Shown: piece by piece, positions 19,669-29,141 of the stretch
How the letters are laid out: each line of letters begins with the position of its first letter
How positions within the stretch are numbered: the first letter of the stretch is position 1
NCBI GenBank assembly: GCA_903885795.1
Contig: CAISJV010000007.1
Location: forward strand, 2,365-66,364
Length of the DNA stretch: 64,000 nucleotides
Source: an uncultured delta proteobacterium
GTDB taxonomy: Bacteria > Desulfobacterota > Syntrophia > Syntrophales > UBA8958
Direction: 5' to 3'
Made by a program: the position numbers and the translations under genes
The notes under the pieces: model-generated
What the model was told of the DNA's origin: nothing
The model's database searches: none
The model's input: the letters and a program-made list of their open reading frames with translations, nothing else

Positions 19669-21018
19669 ATGAAAAAGAAAAGATTCCATATCCTCAGCCT
19701 GGGCTGCCCCAAGAATCTTGTGGACTCCGAAGTCATGGCAGCCCTCCTGACCTCCCGGGGCTACAGCATCACCGAGTCACCCGAAGAGGCACACATCCTG
19801 ATCATCAACACTTGCGCTTTTATTCTTCCCGCCAAAGAGGAGGCGATTGAAACCATTCTCCTCATGGCCGAATACAAGCGCACGGGGGCCTGTACATATC
19901 TCATTGCTACGGGTTGCCTTCCCCAGCGTTACGGCCTCGATCTCGCGCCGGCCCTCCCCGAAGTTGATCTTTTCCTCGGTACGGCTGAAGTCAATAATAT
20001 CGCTAATCATATTGACCGGCTGGAATCTGAGGCAAGTAGCGAAGATAGGGTTATAGTCGGCAAGCCGACCTTCCTGATGCAGGCCGGACATACCCGCCTG
20101 CTCATGACCCCTGCCTACAGCGCTTATCTCAAGATCGCCGAAGGCTGCGGCAATCACTGCGCCTACTGCATTATTCCCGACATCCGGGGCCGCGCCCGGA
20201 GCAGACCTCCCGCGGATATTCTTGCCGAAGCCCAATCCCTTGCCAGGCAGGGAGTCAAAGAACTCATCGTCATCGCCCAGGATACGACGGCATACGGCAG
20301 CGATCTGCGGCGGGGCAGGCCCAAACTGACTCGCCTCCTGAAGGAACTTGCCGCTTTGGATGGCATCGCCTGGATCCGTTTGCTTTATGCATATCCCACA
20401 AAGATTACCCCGGAGCTGATTCGGTGCCTGGACGGGGAAAAGAAAATCTGTTCCTATCTGGACATGCCCATCCAGCACATTGACGATGACATTCTCAAAG
20501 CCATGCATCGGCATGGCAACAGTGAGGATCTTCGGGGCATCATCCGGATGGTCCGTGATTCGGGACCGGGAATAGCTATTCGTACCTCCCTCATCGTCGG
20601 CTTTCCCGGTGAGACCCGGAGAAAATTTGACCGCCTCATGGATTTTGTCAGGGAGACGCGTTTTGATCACCTGGGGGTTTTCACCTACTCCCGGGAGGAG
20701 GGAACGGCGGCGGCATCTCTGCCCTCCCGCATTTCCGAAGCGGAAAAAAATAAGCGCCGGGACGCGCTCATGGAGGAACAGGCTTCCATTTCCTTTGAGA
20801 TTCTGCAAAGGAAAGTCGGTTCCCTTGACGAGGTCCTCATTGAGGGGAAGAGCGACCTGCCGGATTACACCTTCCGAGGACGGTCCTCCCGCCAGGCCCC
20901 GGAAATCGATGGTGTGACCTATGTCCGGGGAAAACGACTCAAACCCGGCCAGATCATCCCCGTTCGCATCCGGGCGGCCAATGAATATGATCTCTTTGCA
21001 GAAACAATGGTCCTATGA
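19669..21018 (+). CDS. rimO: ribosomal protein S12 methylthiotransferase RimO (MiaB-family radical SAM)
   Basis: N-terminal LSLGCPKNLVDSE, radical-SAM CGNHCAYC, C-terminal TRAM-like domain. Confidence 0.85.
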   Translation: MKKKRFHILSLGCPKNLVDSEVMAALLTSRGYSITESPEEAHILIINTCAFILPAKEEAIETILLMAEYKRTGACTYLIATGCLPQRYGLDLAPALPEVDLFLGTAEVNNIANHIDRLESEASSEDRVIVGKPTFLMQAGHTRLLMTPAYSAYLKIAEGCGNHCAYCIIPDIRGRARSRPPADILAEAQSLARQGVKELIVIAQDTTAYGSDLRRGRPKLTRLLKELAALDGIAWIRLLYAYPTKITPELIRCLDGEKKICSYLDMPIQHIDDDILKAMHRHGNSEDLRGIIRMVRDSGPGIAIRTSLIVGFPGETRRKFDRLMDFVRETRFDHLGVFTYSREEGTAAASLPSRISEAEKNKRRDALMEEQASISFEILQRKVGSLDEVLIEGKSDLPDYTFRGRSSRQAPEIDGVTYVRGKRLKPGQIIPVRIRAANEYDLFAETMVL

Positions 21019-21989
21019 ATATTCAAGACGTTTTTAACAGATATCAAGCGGACCTCGAGAAGGTGGAAGGTTACATGGCCGCTGCCCTTCGCTCCGACGT
21101 CAGCCTGATCCCCCAGGTCAGCCAGCATCTCATCGGCGGCGGCGGGAAGCGATTCCGTCCGCTCCTGCTCATGGCCTCCGCTTCCCTCTGCGGGTATGAG
21201 GGAGAACGGCGTCATCCCCTGGCCGCCGTAATCGAATTCATTCATACTGCAACCCTGCTCCACGACGATGTGATCGACGACGCCGACATGCGCCGGGGCA
21301 AAAAAGCAGCCAATCAAGTCTGGGGAAACGCCGCCAGTGTCCTGGTCGGCGATTTCCTCTATTCCGAGGCATTCACCCTCATGGCCGAACACGGGAACCT
21401 GAATATTATCAAGGTCCTCGCCAGGGCAACCAACCTCATGGCCGAAGGCGAAGTGTTTCAGCTCGTCAAACGGGGCGATCCGGATATCTCGGAAAAGGAG
21501 TACCTGTCAATTATTGAGAAGAAGACCTCCCATCTGATTTCCGCGGCCTGTTCCGTAGGAGCTTTGCTGGCCGATGCCGCGGAAGAAAAAGTCGTCGCTC
21601 TGGGCCGGTTCGGCCTCAATCTGGGTTTTGCCTTTCAGATCGTCGATGATGCCCTGGACTACACGGCCAGGGAAGAGGAATTCGGCAAGGCCATCGGGAA
21701 GGACCTCGACGAAGGCAAGATGACTCTCCCCCTGATCCGGACCCTCAGCCGCTGCCCGGAAGAAGAAAAACAGCGCATCAAGGCGGTTGTTACCGACCCG
21801 GCCAGGGATGCAACCTCCCTCCTCGCTGTTTTTGAGCTCATTCGCCGGGATGACGGCATTGATTATGCCATGAACATGGCCCGCACCTATATTGACGACG
21901 GGAAAAGAGAACTTGCGATCTTTTCAGACCAGGCGCCCCTTCAGGACCTCCTGACCCTGGCGGATTACGTTACGGGAAGAAAAATCTGA
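21015..21989 (+). CDS. trans-polyprenyl diphosphate synthase (IspB-like)
   Basis: Two Asp-rich motifs (LLHDDVIDDADMRRG and QIVDDALD). ATGA overlap with rimO. Confidence 0.85.
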   Translation: MNIQDVFNRYQADLEKVEGYMAAALRSDVSLIPQVSQHLIGGGGKRFRPLLLMASASLCGYEGERRHPLAAVIEFIHTATLLHDDVIDDADMRRGKKAANQVWGNAASVLVGDFLYSEAFTLMAEHGNLNIIKVLARATNLMAEGEVFQLVKRGDPDISEKEYLSIIEKKTSHLISAACSVGALLADAAEEKVVALGRFGLNLGFAFQIVDDALDYTAREEEFGKAIGKDLDEGKMTLPLIRTLSRCPEEEKQRIKAVVTDPARDATSLLAVFELIRRDDGIDYAMNMARTYIDDGKRELAIFSDQAPLQDLLTLADYVTGRKI

Positions 21990-22001
21990 CTTTTCACCCC
22001 T

Positions 22002-23570
22002 TCAAGGACAAATTTCGATCGCCCCTCCCAGTCCCCTTTCCCCGGAAAGACGGTCCTCTTTGAGGGCCAGGGGCAGATAGTCAAGAATATCCTGGGCCGT
22101 GATTCCGTCCTCGCCCTGCCGGCGGGCGGCCAGATCGCCGGCCAGTCCATGGAGATAGACCCCTTTTCTGATTGCTTCCGGCCATGGCATGCCCATGCCG
22201 GCCATGGCCGCGATGGCGCCGGTAAGTACATCACCGGAACCGGCGGTCGCCATCCCTGGGTTGCCGGTCATGTTGATAAAAACCTGTCCGTCGGGACAGC
22301 CAATCAGGGAATGGGCGCCTTTGAGAACGATGAAGGCCCCCCAGGAGGCACAGGCAGCCTGCAAAACGTCGATCTGGCGCCGCTGGATCTCCGCCGCCGG
22401 CTGACCGGTGATTCTTGCCATTTCTCCGGCATGGGGCGTCATTATGGTTGGAAAAGAACGTCCCTGAACAAGCGCGGGAGCTCCTGCCACCGCCGTGATC
22501 CCGTCGCCGTCAATCAATACGGGCTTTTCGATCGCGGGGACCAGCTTCCGGACGAGATCCTGCGTCTGGGAGTCCAACGACAGACCGGGTCCGATGACCA
22601 CCATATCAATCTTTGCCGACAGTTCCATGAGGGCGTCAAAATTGTCCGCCGACACCGCCCCGTCCTTGGTTTCCCGGAGCGGGACAAAGACGATCTCCCT
22701 TCCCTGACCGGCAATAATAGGGACTATCGACGCAGGAGTGGCAAGACGGGCGTACCCGCCGCCGGCCTTCAGGAAAGCCATGGCGGAAAAATAGGGAGCC
22801 CCCAGATAAGTCGCCGCACCGGCCACAAACAGGACATCCCCCATGCTTCCCTTATGAACGTCCCGACCCCGGACGGGAAGAGGTAGATAATCGTTGGTCC
22901 GGATTTTCAGGCGTTCATGAGTGTACATAACCGGAGGGAATGAGATATGGGTAACGTAGAGTTTGCCGCACTTTTCATGGCCGGGATACAGTATATTGCC
23001 TATCTTGGGGAGGCCTAAGGTCACGGTACAGTCTGCCTGGATAGCGGCGCCCATAATTTCTCCCGTATCGCCGTTGACCCCGGAGGGAATATCGAGGCTG
23101 AGGACCCATTTGCGTGCCTCATTGACCAGATCGATCACTTCCCGGTGCAGTCCTCGGACCTCCCGGTCGAGTCCCGTTCCGAAGATGGCGTCCACCACCC
23201 CATCGGCATGCCGGATAACCCGCCCCAGGTCGGTGACCACCTCCAGATGCTTGACCTCCAAAGACAGAGCGGATAGCATCTCCAGATTGGTCTTGGCCGC
23301 CCCGTGGAAGCGGCCCGGATCACCCAGGATGTAAACCTTCGGGATTCCCCCGTTGGAAAGAATTTTCCTGGCTACAACGAATCCGTCGCCTCCGTTGTTT
23401 CCGATCCCGCATAAAATGACATACCTCTTCCCGCTCAGTCCCCGCTCCCCGGCTAGCACGGCAGCGGCGCCCTGACCGGCATTCTCCATAAGAATCCCGG
23501 CGGGTATCCGCAAGGATTCCGTAGCATGGCGATCCATCCAGCGCATTTCCTCAACACGGCTGACTTTCAT
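22002..23570 (-). CDS. nnr: bifunctional NAD(P)H-hydrate repair enzyme (epimerase/dehydratase)
   Basis: N-terminal YjeF_N region (CGIGNNGGDGFVVAR) and a C-terminal carbohydrate-kinase-like dehydratase (GPGLS, GSGDVLTG). Confidence 0.9.
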   Translation of the reverse strand: MKVSRVEEMRWMDRHATESLRIPAGILMENAGQGAAAVLAGERGLSGKRYVILCGIGNNGGDGFVVARKILSNGGIPKVYILGDPGRFHGAAKTNLEMLSALSLEVKHLEVVTDLGRVIRHADGVVDAIFGTGLDREVRGLHREVIDLVNEARKWVLSLDIPSGVNGDTGEIMGAAIQADCTVTLGLPKIGNILYPGHEKCGKLYVTHISFPPVMYTHERLKIRTNDYLPLPVRGRDVHKGSMGDVLFVAGAATYLGAPYFSAMAFLKAGGGYARLATPASIVPIIAGQGREIVFVPLRETKDGAVSADNFDALMELSAKIDMVVIGPGLSLDSQTQDLVRKLVPAIEKPVLIDGDGITAVAGAPALVQGRSFPTIMTPHAGEMARITGQPAAEIQRRQIDVLQAACASWGAFIVLKGAHSLIGCPDGQVFINMTGNPGMATAGSGDVLTGAIAAMAGMGMPWPEAIRKGVYLHGLAGDLAARRQGEDGITAQDILDYLPLALKEDRLSGERGLGGAIEICP

Positions 23571-23669
23571 CGTTTTCCCCTCACGAAAAAATCTTTTTCT
23601 TTTCATTATATTTTGTTACAATGCCCCAGTCAAGAAATCATCATACAAAACCCAGCAAGGAGAAGCACG

Positions 23670-25361
23670 ATGAGAAAGTTTTACGCTCCCGCGATCCTGA
23701 TTCTGATCCTTCTTTGGACCTGTCCCGTTTCCGGGGAAAATTATACTTTAAAAGGAGACATGGACTCGGCGATCCGCTATGAACTCCGGGAACAGGTCAC
23801 TGCTAATCCGGGAGTCAAGAAAATCATCCTGAACTTCGTCGTTCCCCAGAGCTTCACATCCCCGACCTACAGCCAGGATATCACGGATTTTAAGGTATTA
23901 TTCAATCCCGAGCCACAGGAGCGAGAGGAAAAAAAGGATAAATACGGTAATATGGTGATCACGGCGACCTGGACAAGAGTTCCGAACACCGTGGATGTTA
24001 GCCTCTCATGCCAGGCCAAAAGCAGGACCCATCTCACGACCCTTTCAACCGGCGCCCCGTTCCCGCTAAAGTCCCCCGGCGCTGAATTTGCCGATTATCT
24101 GAAGGCCACCGAACAGGTACAGGCAAACGAGCCCAGGATCAGGAAGCTTGCCGCCGAGCTGACCAGCGGGGTAAAGACAGAATACGATGCGGTACAGCGG
24201 ATTGTATCCTGGGTGGTAGACAACGTCCGCTATGTAACCCCCCCGGTCCGTTATGACGCCGTTTATTCACTGGAATCGGGGAAAGGAAACTGCCAGAATT
24301 ATTCCCATCTCAGCGCCGCCCTCCTGCGCTCCGTAGGAATTCCGGCCCGTATTGTTGTCGGGGTGACCCTGAACGAGCCCTACAATATCGCCTGGCAAAA
24401 AGGGGTCCTTACGTTCAAAATGGGCCAGGGGCGCCACTCCTGGATCGAGGTCTGGTTCCCCGATCTTGGCTGGGTCCCCTTCGATCCCCAGAATTCCGTG
24501 CTGTTCGTTTCCAATCGCTTCATTCGCCTCGAAGTGGGTACAGACAACAACGAAACAAAAAACGATGGCCTGATGCGCTGGTCACAGCTACAGGAAGCTA
24601 AAAGGCCCGCCCTTCAGGAAACCATCAACGCCAGTTTTGCTACCGATCAGGTCAAAATAAAAGGAGATCGGGAATCCTACGGACCGAAAAACCTGCTTCT
24701 GGCCCCGCAAGTCAAGGCCCAGTTTCAGCAGATCGCCATCCTACCTCCGCCTCCGCCTCCGCCTCCGCCAAAGGATCCGGGCAAGCTGCGCTATACGGTC
24801 CCCTTCCTCTATGGGAATCTCGACTATCCCGAGGACGTCGATTTTGCTTTCCCCCGCTCAGTGAAAGCCTCGGGGGCCGGCCAGTTCGAGATGCAGAACA
24901 ATTTTCTGGTGGAGACGGCAGAGTATGTAACCACCCAGCGCACCCAATATGCCCAGGTTTTTGTACTGAAAAAACCGGTGAAGCTTGCCAAGGTCGGTCT
25001 CGCACTGCACAATTTCGGCGGCGACGGGATGCTCTGGCTTGACCTCTTCAAGGACGACAAGGGGAAACCGGGAGCCCTCATGGCCACCAGCGGAATGATC
25101 AGCGTCGATCAGATCTCCATGAAGCCGGGGTACCGTTGGGTAGATTTCGACTTTGCCAAAGAAAACATCGACCTCATGCCCGGGTCTTACTGGATTGCCC
25201 TGGGCTTTACGGGCAGTCCCATCGTCAACTGGTTTTACACCTACGGGAAACCGGTTGGTCCGGTGTATGGAACACGCTACAAGGGCGTCTTTGACAGCGA
25301 CTGGAGCGGCGCCCTCAGTTACGAGTTCAATTATAGAATCGCAGGTCTGACGGTAAAATAG
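23670..25361 (+). CDS. secreted transglutaminase-like domain protein
   Basis: Signal peptide from the ATG at 23670 (AAGGAG SD). Transglutaminase core GKGNCQNYSHLSAALLRSVGIPAR ... HSWIEVWFPDLGWVPFDP (Cys/His/Asp). Confidence 0.8.
   Translation: MRKFYAPAILILILLWTCPVSGENYTLKGDMDSAIRYELREQVTANPGVKKIILNFVVPQSFTSPTYSQDITDFKVLFNPEPQEREEKKDKYGNMVITATWTRVPNTVDVSLSCQAKSRTHLTTLSTGAPFPLKSPGAEFADYLKATEQVQANEPRIRKLAAELTSGVKTEYDAVQRIVSWVVDNVRYVTPPVRYDAVYSLESGKGNCQNYSHLSAALLRSVGIPARIVVGVTLNEPYNIAWQKGVLTFKMGQGRHSWIEVWFPDLGWVPFDPQNSVLFVSNRFIRLEVGTDNNETKNDGLMRWSQLQEAKRPALQETINASFATDQVKIKGDRESYGPKNLLLAPQVKAQFQQIAILPPPPPPPPPKDPGKLRYTVPFLYGNLDYPEDVDFAFPRSVKASGAGQFEMQNNFLVETAEYVTTQRTQYAQVFVLKKPVKLAKVGLALHNFGGDGMLWLDLFKDDKGKPGALMATSGMISVDQISMKPGYRWVDFDFAKENIDLMPGSYWIALGFTGSPIVNWFYTYGKPVGPVYGTRYKGVFDSDWSGALSYEFNYRIAGLTVK
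24744..24770 (+). repeat. hexanucleotide repeat (CCTCCG)x4 + CCA encoding nine consecutive prolines
   Basis: cct ccg cct ccg cct ccg cct ccg cca, in frame within the transglutaminase-like gene. Confidence 0.95.
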
Positions 25362-25375
25362 AAAGTACTTCGATT

Positions 25376-25411
25376 TCGTTCCCACGCTCCAACGTGGGAA
25401 CGATTCTTTGG
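25376..25411 (+). terminator. intrinsic terminator-like hairpin
   Basis: 11-bp perfect stem TCGTTCCCACG / CGTGGGAACGA, 6-nt loop, then TTCTTTG; 15 nt after the stop. Confidence 0.65.
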
Positions 25412-25607
25412 CTCCACTCGGGTAAGCAGATGCTTTTTGAGTTGGCCGGACATTGACTCAGCGCATGCACAGCGGCCGAATATCAAAATCGCGGGAAGTG
25501 TCGTCAATTCACATTACATTTCATGCACTTAAGTCGTATTCCCCGGGGAATATTTTTTTAGTGGCATCGAAATTATCCGCAGACTTCATCATGCCCACCG
25601 CCAACAA

Positions 25608-25910
25608 TCAATCCTTCCCGGAGTTCAAGATGTCAAAGTTTTCTTTCTTCTTCATAAGTTCAGCGTTGGCCGGGTACGGTTTTTCATCGTTATCTAAAGC
25701 ATCTGAGGCCCTTTTGGCGTAATTGTAGGCGGTAATTGCCGAGATGACATGACAGATCCAGCCCAGAAAGCCGCCGGAGCCAATCCAGAGGCCGGGGGTA
25801 ATGATCAACCAGAATATTCCTCGCAAGAAGGCGCCGTTATAGAACTGTCCTACGCCGGGGATGATGAGACTTCGTACGGCGGCAATGCCGGGACGGTGAT
25901 CATTGCTCAT
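25608..25910 (-). CDS. small membrane protein (two TM helices, GVGQFYNG motif)
   Basis: 100 aa: IIPGVGQFYNGAFLRGIFWLIITPGLWIG..GFLGWICHVISAITAY followed by a charged tail. Confidence 0.55.
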   Translation of the reverse strand: MSNDHRPGIAAVRSLIIPGVGQFYNGAFLRGIFWLIITPGLWIGSGGFLGWICHVISAITAYNYAKRASDALDNDEKPYPANAELMKKKENFDILNSGKD

Positions 25911-25958
25911 AATCCGTCTTCAAAGCAGAAACAGAAATATTTAAAAACATTTTACACA

Positions 25959-26171
25959 TCAAATACTTCGTTGAATCATGTTTTTCAAGAAACCTGTTTT
26001 TATGTCATAAATATATGTCCGTCTATCGCCGCAGGTTATTGAAGCCATGTCACCTTGAACATCCGCAGATACTGGCCCGCCATAAATCGCTACACTAATG
26101 ACCCTTTTCAGGAATCTGGTCTCGGCCTCGTAAAACTCTACGTTTTTACCTCTTATTTGGGCAACATACAT
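25959..26171 (-). CDS. hypothetical 70-aa protein
   Basis: ATG preceded by AAGGAGGGG; no recognisable motif. Confidence 0.5.
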   Translation of the reverse strand: MYVAQIRGKNVEFYEAETRFLKRVISVAIYGGPVSADVQGDMASITCGDRRTYIYDIKTGFLKNMIQRSI

Positions 26172-26293
26172 GATAGCCCCTCCTTAACACGGTTTGCACC
26201 CGGCCACATGACATCGTGTTTCGGTAGCCGACAGCGGTCCGGGTTTGTAGTTATCGCGATTTCTAACCAAGAACTACTGCTCAGAGATTTACC

Positions 26294-26500
26294 TCAAATC
26301 GAAGACCTCTTTTTCCACTTCGGGGATGTACCGATTCCTTGCACTGTCTTACCGGCCTGGACTGCACAAGGATAACTGCCCGGCTTTACGCTGATAGAAT
26401 GTGGTTTATTTCCGATCATACGACTAATCGTTCTCTCGCCCTGCCAGTATTCACATGTTCCGCATTTCTTCTCATTTGCCAAAACTGTATTTGTGCCCAT
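26294..26500 (-). CDS. CxxC mini-protein, copy A (68 aa)
   Basis: MGTNTVLANEKKCGTCEYWQGER...; AAGGAGGGG SD; 64/68 aa identical to copy B. Confidence 0.6.
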   Translation of the reverse strand: MGTNTVLANEKKCGTCEYWQGERTISRMIGNKPHSISVKPGSYPCAVQAGKTVQGIGTSPKWKKRSSI

Positions 26501-26540
26501 GATTAACCCCTCCTTGGTTCGTAAAGTGCTCAGCCTTCTC

Positions 26541-26912
26541 TTACATGATGTCTCTTTCCTGAAACTTCCTTCTGAAAAGCAAGGGCTTACTTATATCGGG
26601 GAAAGACTCTTTTGTCCCGCCGGTACCGATAATTGTTATGGTGCCATAACCCAAAATCCTGCCCCATGTTTCTTGATTCACGTTAACGGATTCTATTTTA
26701 CTAAGATTCATTTCCAGTGTTTGTCTTGAAATAAATCCGGTCTTGATAATAATTCGCTTGTTCGTAATGACAAACTCACTGGTAATCTGTCTGATTAGCG
26801 GTGAAATCCATAAACTACGGAAGGCCTGAGAAGTAAAATATATCTTCCAATGCAGTTTGGCACAGTAGATGACTTCCTCGCCCGTGACAAGAACGGAGTT
26901 TACATATCTCAT
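26541..26912 (-). CDS. soluble bacterial PH (bPH/DUF304-like) domain protein, copy A
   Basis: 123 aa; GEEVIY.AKLHW ... VITNKRIIIKTG ... ESV.V.Q..WGRI.GYG.I.I pattern typical of bPH domains; 114/123 aa identical to copy B. Confidence 0.6.
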   Translation of the reverse strand: MRYVNSVLVTGEEVIYCAKLHWKIYFTSQAFRSLWISPLIRQITSEFVITNKRIIIKTGFISRQTLEMNLSKIESVNVNQETWGRILGYGTITIIGTGGTKESFPDISKPLLFRRKFQERDIM

Positions 26913-26943
26913 GTTTTTTTATCCGTTGGTTTACTTAAACAAA

Positions 26944-27315
26944 TTACCTGAACTCACGCACCGGAAGTGCCCCTGGTTGCCTTTTGCCATGTAATTTGGG
27001 CCGCCAGTACGATTTGCCCTCGTTGAAGGCGAAGTCGGAAGCGTCAGAACATAACGTTTCAACGGCCACAAAACTGTTTTTTTTAGACGAATCAATGACG
27101 TTAAATGAACCCGTGGCGAGATCACTTACTCCGAGTGCACTGAACCAACTGACGGTCTTATAACCTTTAGTCTTCTTATCATACAACCCCGCCAACTCGT
27201 GCAGTGCTGGAATCCGCCAGTCAGTATAACCACCTCCGCGATACTTTTCACAATAGTTCTTGGCATCTTGCCAGTTAATATTTCCCCAAAAAAAGATCTT
27301 TCAACATTTTTACTA
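26944..27315 (-). pseudogene. decayed second DUF1566 (Lcl C-terminal-like) domain
   Basis: This frame reads ...GTVNRPL**KC*KIFFWGNINWQDAKNYCEKYRGGGYTDWRIPALHELAGLYDKK...ALPVREFR. The stops are TAG 27313-27315, TAA 27310-27312 and TGA 27301-27303. It is out of frame with the 410-aa gene. Confidence 0.6.
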
Positions 27316-28507
27316 AAGAGGGCGATTTACTGTGCCGCACTCCCACTGTTTGCTGTTGGGACGCGCGGGGTGCCATGTTCGGTGCTGGCTTGCCACGTAC
27401 AGGGAGTACTTTGGTGGAGTTGGCGGGAGACTGATGACTCCAACTGCCAGAACGTACCGGGAGTACCCGGGTGTCGTAGCCCTTTGACTTGCGATTCCAA
27501 CGACGTGTACCATCCGTGAAAGTGAAGTGGGCAGCATCGGAACCGCGCTCCTCTGAAATCCACAAAAACCCGGTAGATAGTTGAATCAATCCCGTTAAAT
27601 CGACATCATAACTATATAGTGTTGGTTTATAACTTTTCCCCCTGTCATACAACCCCTTCAATTCATCAAAAGACGGCAACCGCCAGTCCGTATGGCCATC
27701 ACATCGGTAATTCTTGCAATATTTGTTAGCTCCATCCCAGTTAATATTCGCACCGTTGTCACATGCAGCCCAAATCAGACCGCTCTTTGTATCCAGTACC
27801 GTCCCGTTGTCATTCGCAATAAAACGACCATCCCTGCCAGTCCCACCTGTCGCGGATGTAGTGGGGCCTTGCCTCGTGGCAAGCAGGTTCTTTTCCTCCG
27901 CCAGCTTGCTGCGCTCCGCTTCCAGCTTTTGCCTCTCAACATCCAGAGCCATCATCTTCTCGATTTCCTGACGTTCCCGCTCCAGTTTCTGCTTCTCGCG
28001 GTCCAGAGCTTCCTTTTGACGAATCAACTCATCATCCTGTACCCCTTTAATTATGACGTCTTCGGAGATGTCACTATGGCAGTGTTTACACTTCCTTGCG
28101 TCTTTCTTAACTTCTTCTGCGCAAAAGGGACATTTCTTCGTCTCAGCGGTAATGCTGGGCTGCCTTCCCATAGATGGTGTGCGGCTAACACTTATATTGG
28201 GGACATCATCAGTAACCCCCAGCGCATATGCCCATACCCGGACTGCCGATAAGGCAGATGACTCTCTCAATCTATATTCTTGGCATAATCTATCTCCAAA
28301 TTGTGCGACCGTCACCTCAAGATTGGCGGTTTGCCTGAGATCTGATACTATCCCTGCCTTCCAGGCGCTTGTCAGAAGGAAAATGAGCGATTTGTCTTCA
28401 GGGAAGATGTCACGAATAATCCCTTCTACCCGCCTTCCGTCCTGTAGAAAATCATCCTTCTGATTTTCAAGGTATTGTTTGAACTTTTCTATTGACTGAC
28501 TTGACAT
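27275..28507 (-). CDS. paralogue A: helical N-terminal module / zinc ribbon / coiled coil / DUF1566 domain protein
   Basis: CPFCAEEVKKDARKCKHC zinc ribbon; charged heptad-like REKQKLERERQEIEKM...; DUF1566 signature INWDGANKYCKNYR..GHTDWRLPSFDELKGLYD ... RVLPVRSG. The C-terminal ~55 aa look scrambled (a second KVLPVRGK). Confidence 0.8.
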   Translation of the reverse strand: MSSQSIEKFKQYLENQKDDFLQDGRRVEGIIRDIFPEDKSLIFLLTSAWKAGIVSDLRQTANLEVTVAQFGDRLCQEYRLRESSALSAVRVWAYALGVTDDVPNISVSRTPSMGRQPSITAETKKCPFCAEEVKKDARKCKHCHSDISEDVIIKGVQDDELIRQKEALDREKQKLERERQEIEKMMALDVERQKLEAERSKLAEEKNLLATRQGPTTSATGGTGRDGRFIANDNGTVLDTKSGLIWAACDNGANINWDGANKYCKNYRCDGHTDWRLPSFDELKGLYDRGKSYKPTLYSYDVDLTGLIQLSTGFLWISEERGSDAAHFTFTDGTRRWNRKSKGYDTRVLPVRSGSWSHQSPANSTKVLPVRGKPAPNMAPRASQQQTVGVRHSKSPSLVKMLKDLFLGKY

Positions 28508-28559
28508 GGAATCCCCTCGATTATCCGTGAAATGGGACCGTCCCCCTTTTTATAATCGC

Positions 28560-29030
28560 TTATATATTCTTATCTTTTACCTCATCTGTATTTATTTTAT
28601 CCAAAATTCCCTCAACAATAGGATCGAGAATTCTCTTTAATCCACCATATCCCATTGTGGTCCATTGAGTTTTAAACTTGTTTTGTAGTGGAATTTCTAA
28701 AGCACGAAGAAGATCGATTTTAATACCATCAAACTTTATCTTATCGGGCTTAAAGAAAAGGATTGTCACATTTTCTCCGTTATTAATGCTATTAATGATC
28801 CCAGCATCTACAGCCGGTGAATAACCTTTTCTCAATCTATATTTCAATGTCCCGTCAGTTATACCAATATAACCAACCTTTGTTTTTGTTGCAAAGGCGT
28901 ATATTACTTTTCCTACTGCCTTACAAAAAAAATTAGGTTTCAGGCCACCGTCATTTAAAGTCCAGCTACCGCATTCAATAAACCCGAAATTCATTAAGCT
29001 ATCAATGTTCAACAACTTATCATCTTTCAT
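28560..29030 (-). CDS. hypothetical protein, possible GIY-YIG-like nuclease fold
   Basis: KVIYAFATKTKVGYIGITDGTLKYRLRKGY (IY-x9-YIG-x..R), then ...LRALEIPLQNKF (Glu/Asn). ATG at 29030 has a GGGAGGTG SD. Function call is tentative. Confidence 0.45.
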   Translation of the reverse strand: MKDDKLLNIDSLMNFGFIECGSWTLNDGGLKPNFFCKAVGKVIYAFATKTKVGYIGITDGTLKYRLRKGYSPAVDAGIINSINNGENVTILFFKPDKIKFDGIKIDLLRALEIPLQNKFKTQWTTMGYGGLKRILDPIVEGILDKINTDEVKDKNI

Positions 29031-29141
29031 ACATGACACCTCCCTTGATAAGTCGTTTGTCCGGACTGGTGCCGTCACGATTCATTGACCGGCAGCGCCG
29101 TGTTTGTGGTTTTACCAAAGAGCCAGGTTTGAAAATCTGCC

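Larger units (their letters stand above)
26294..26912. repeat. direct repeat copy A (619 nt), paired with 29142-29760
   Basis: Collinear with copy B with no indel (207-nt ORF, 40-nt spacer, 372-nt ORF in both). Offset exactly 2848 nt. Confidence 0.9.

Noticed and set aside
19777-20808. 343-aa minus-strand ORF
   Set aside because: It lies entirely antisense to rimO, which has unmistakable MiaB-family motifs. The product is Arg/Gly/Pro-rich low-complexity sequence typical of antisense frames in GC-rich genes.
22149-22886. 245-aa plus-strand ORF (also 43533-44624 and 45546-46145 on the minus strand)
   Set aside because: Antisense to nnr, the TerC-family gene and trmH/cutA respectively; low-complexity products.
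25537-25559. 16-bp palindrome TATTCCCCGGGGAATA followed by T7
   Set aside because: As a hairpin it leaves only a 4-nt loop with a 6-bp stem. It is oriented for plus-strand termination, yet the plus-strand gene already has a better terminator 130 nt upstream. It is not oriented to terminate the minus-strand island transcript.
27692-28252. Plus-strand ORFs recurring opposite all three DUF1566 paralogues (27692-28252, 30462-31124, 30691-31335, 33256-33852, 33677-34093)
   Set aside because: The recurrence only reflects nucleotide conservation of the sense genes. The coiled-coil region uses GAG/CAG/AAG codons, whose complements (CTC/CTG/CTT) keep the antisense frame open and Leu-rich.
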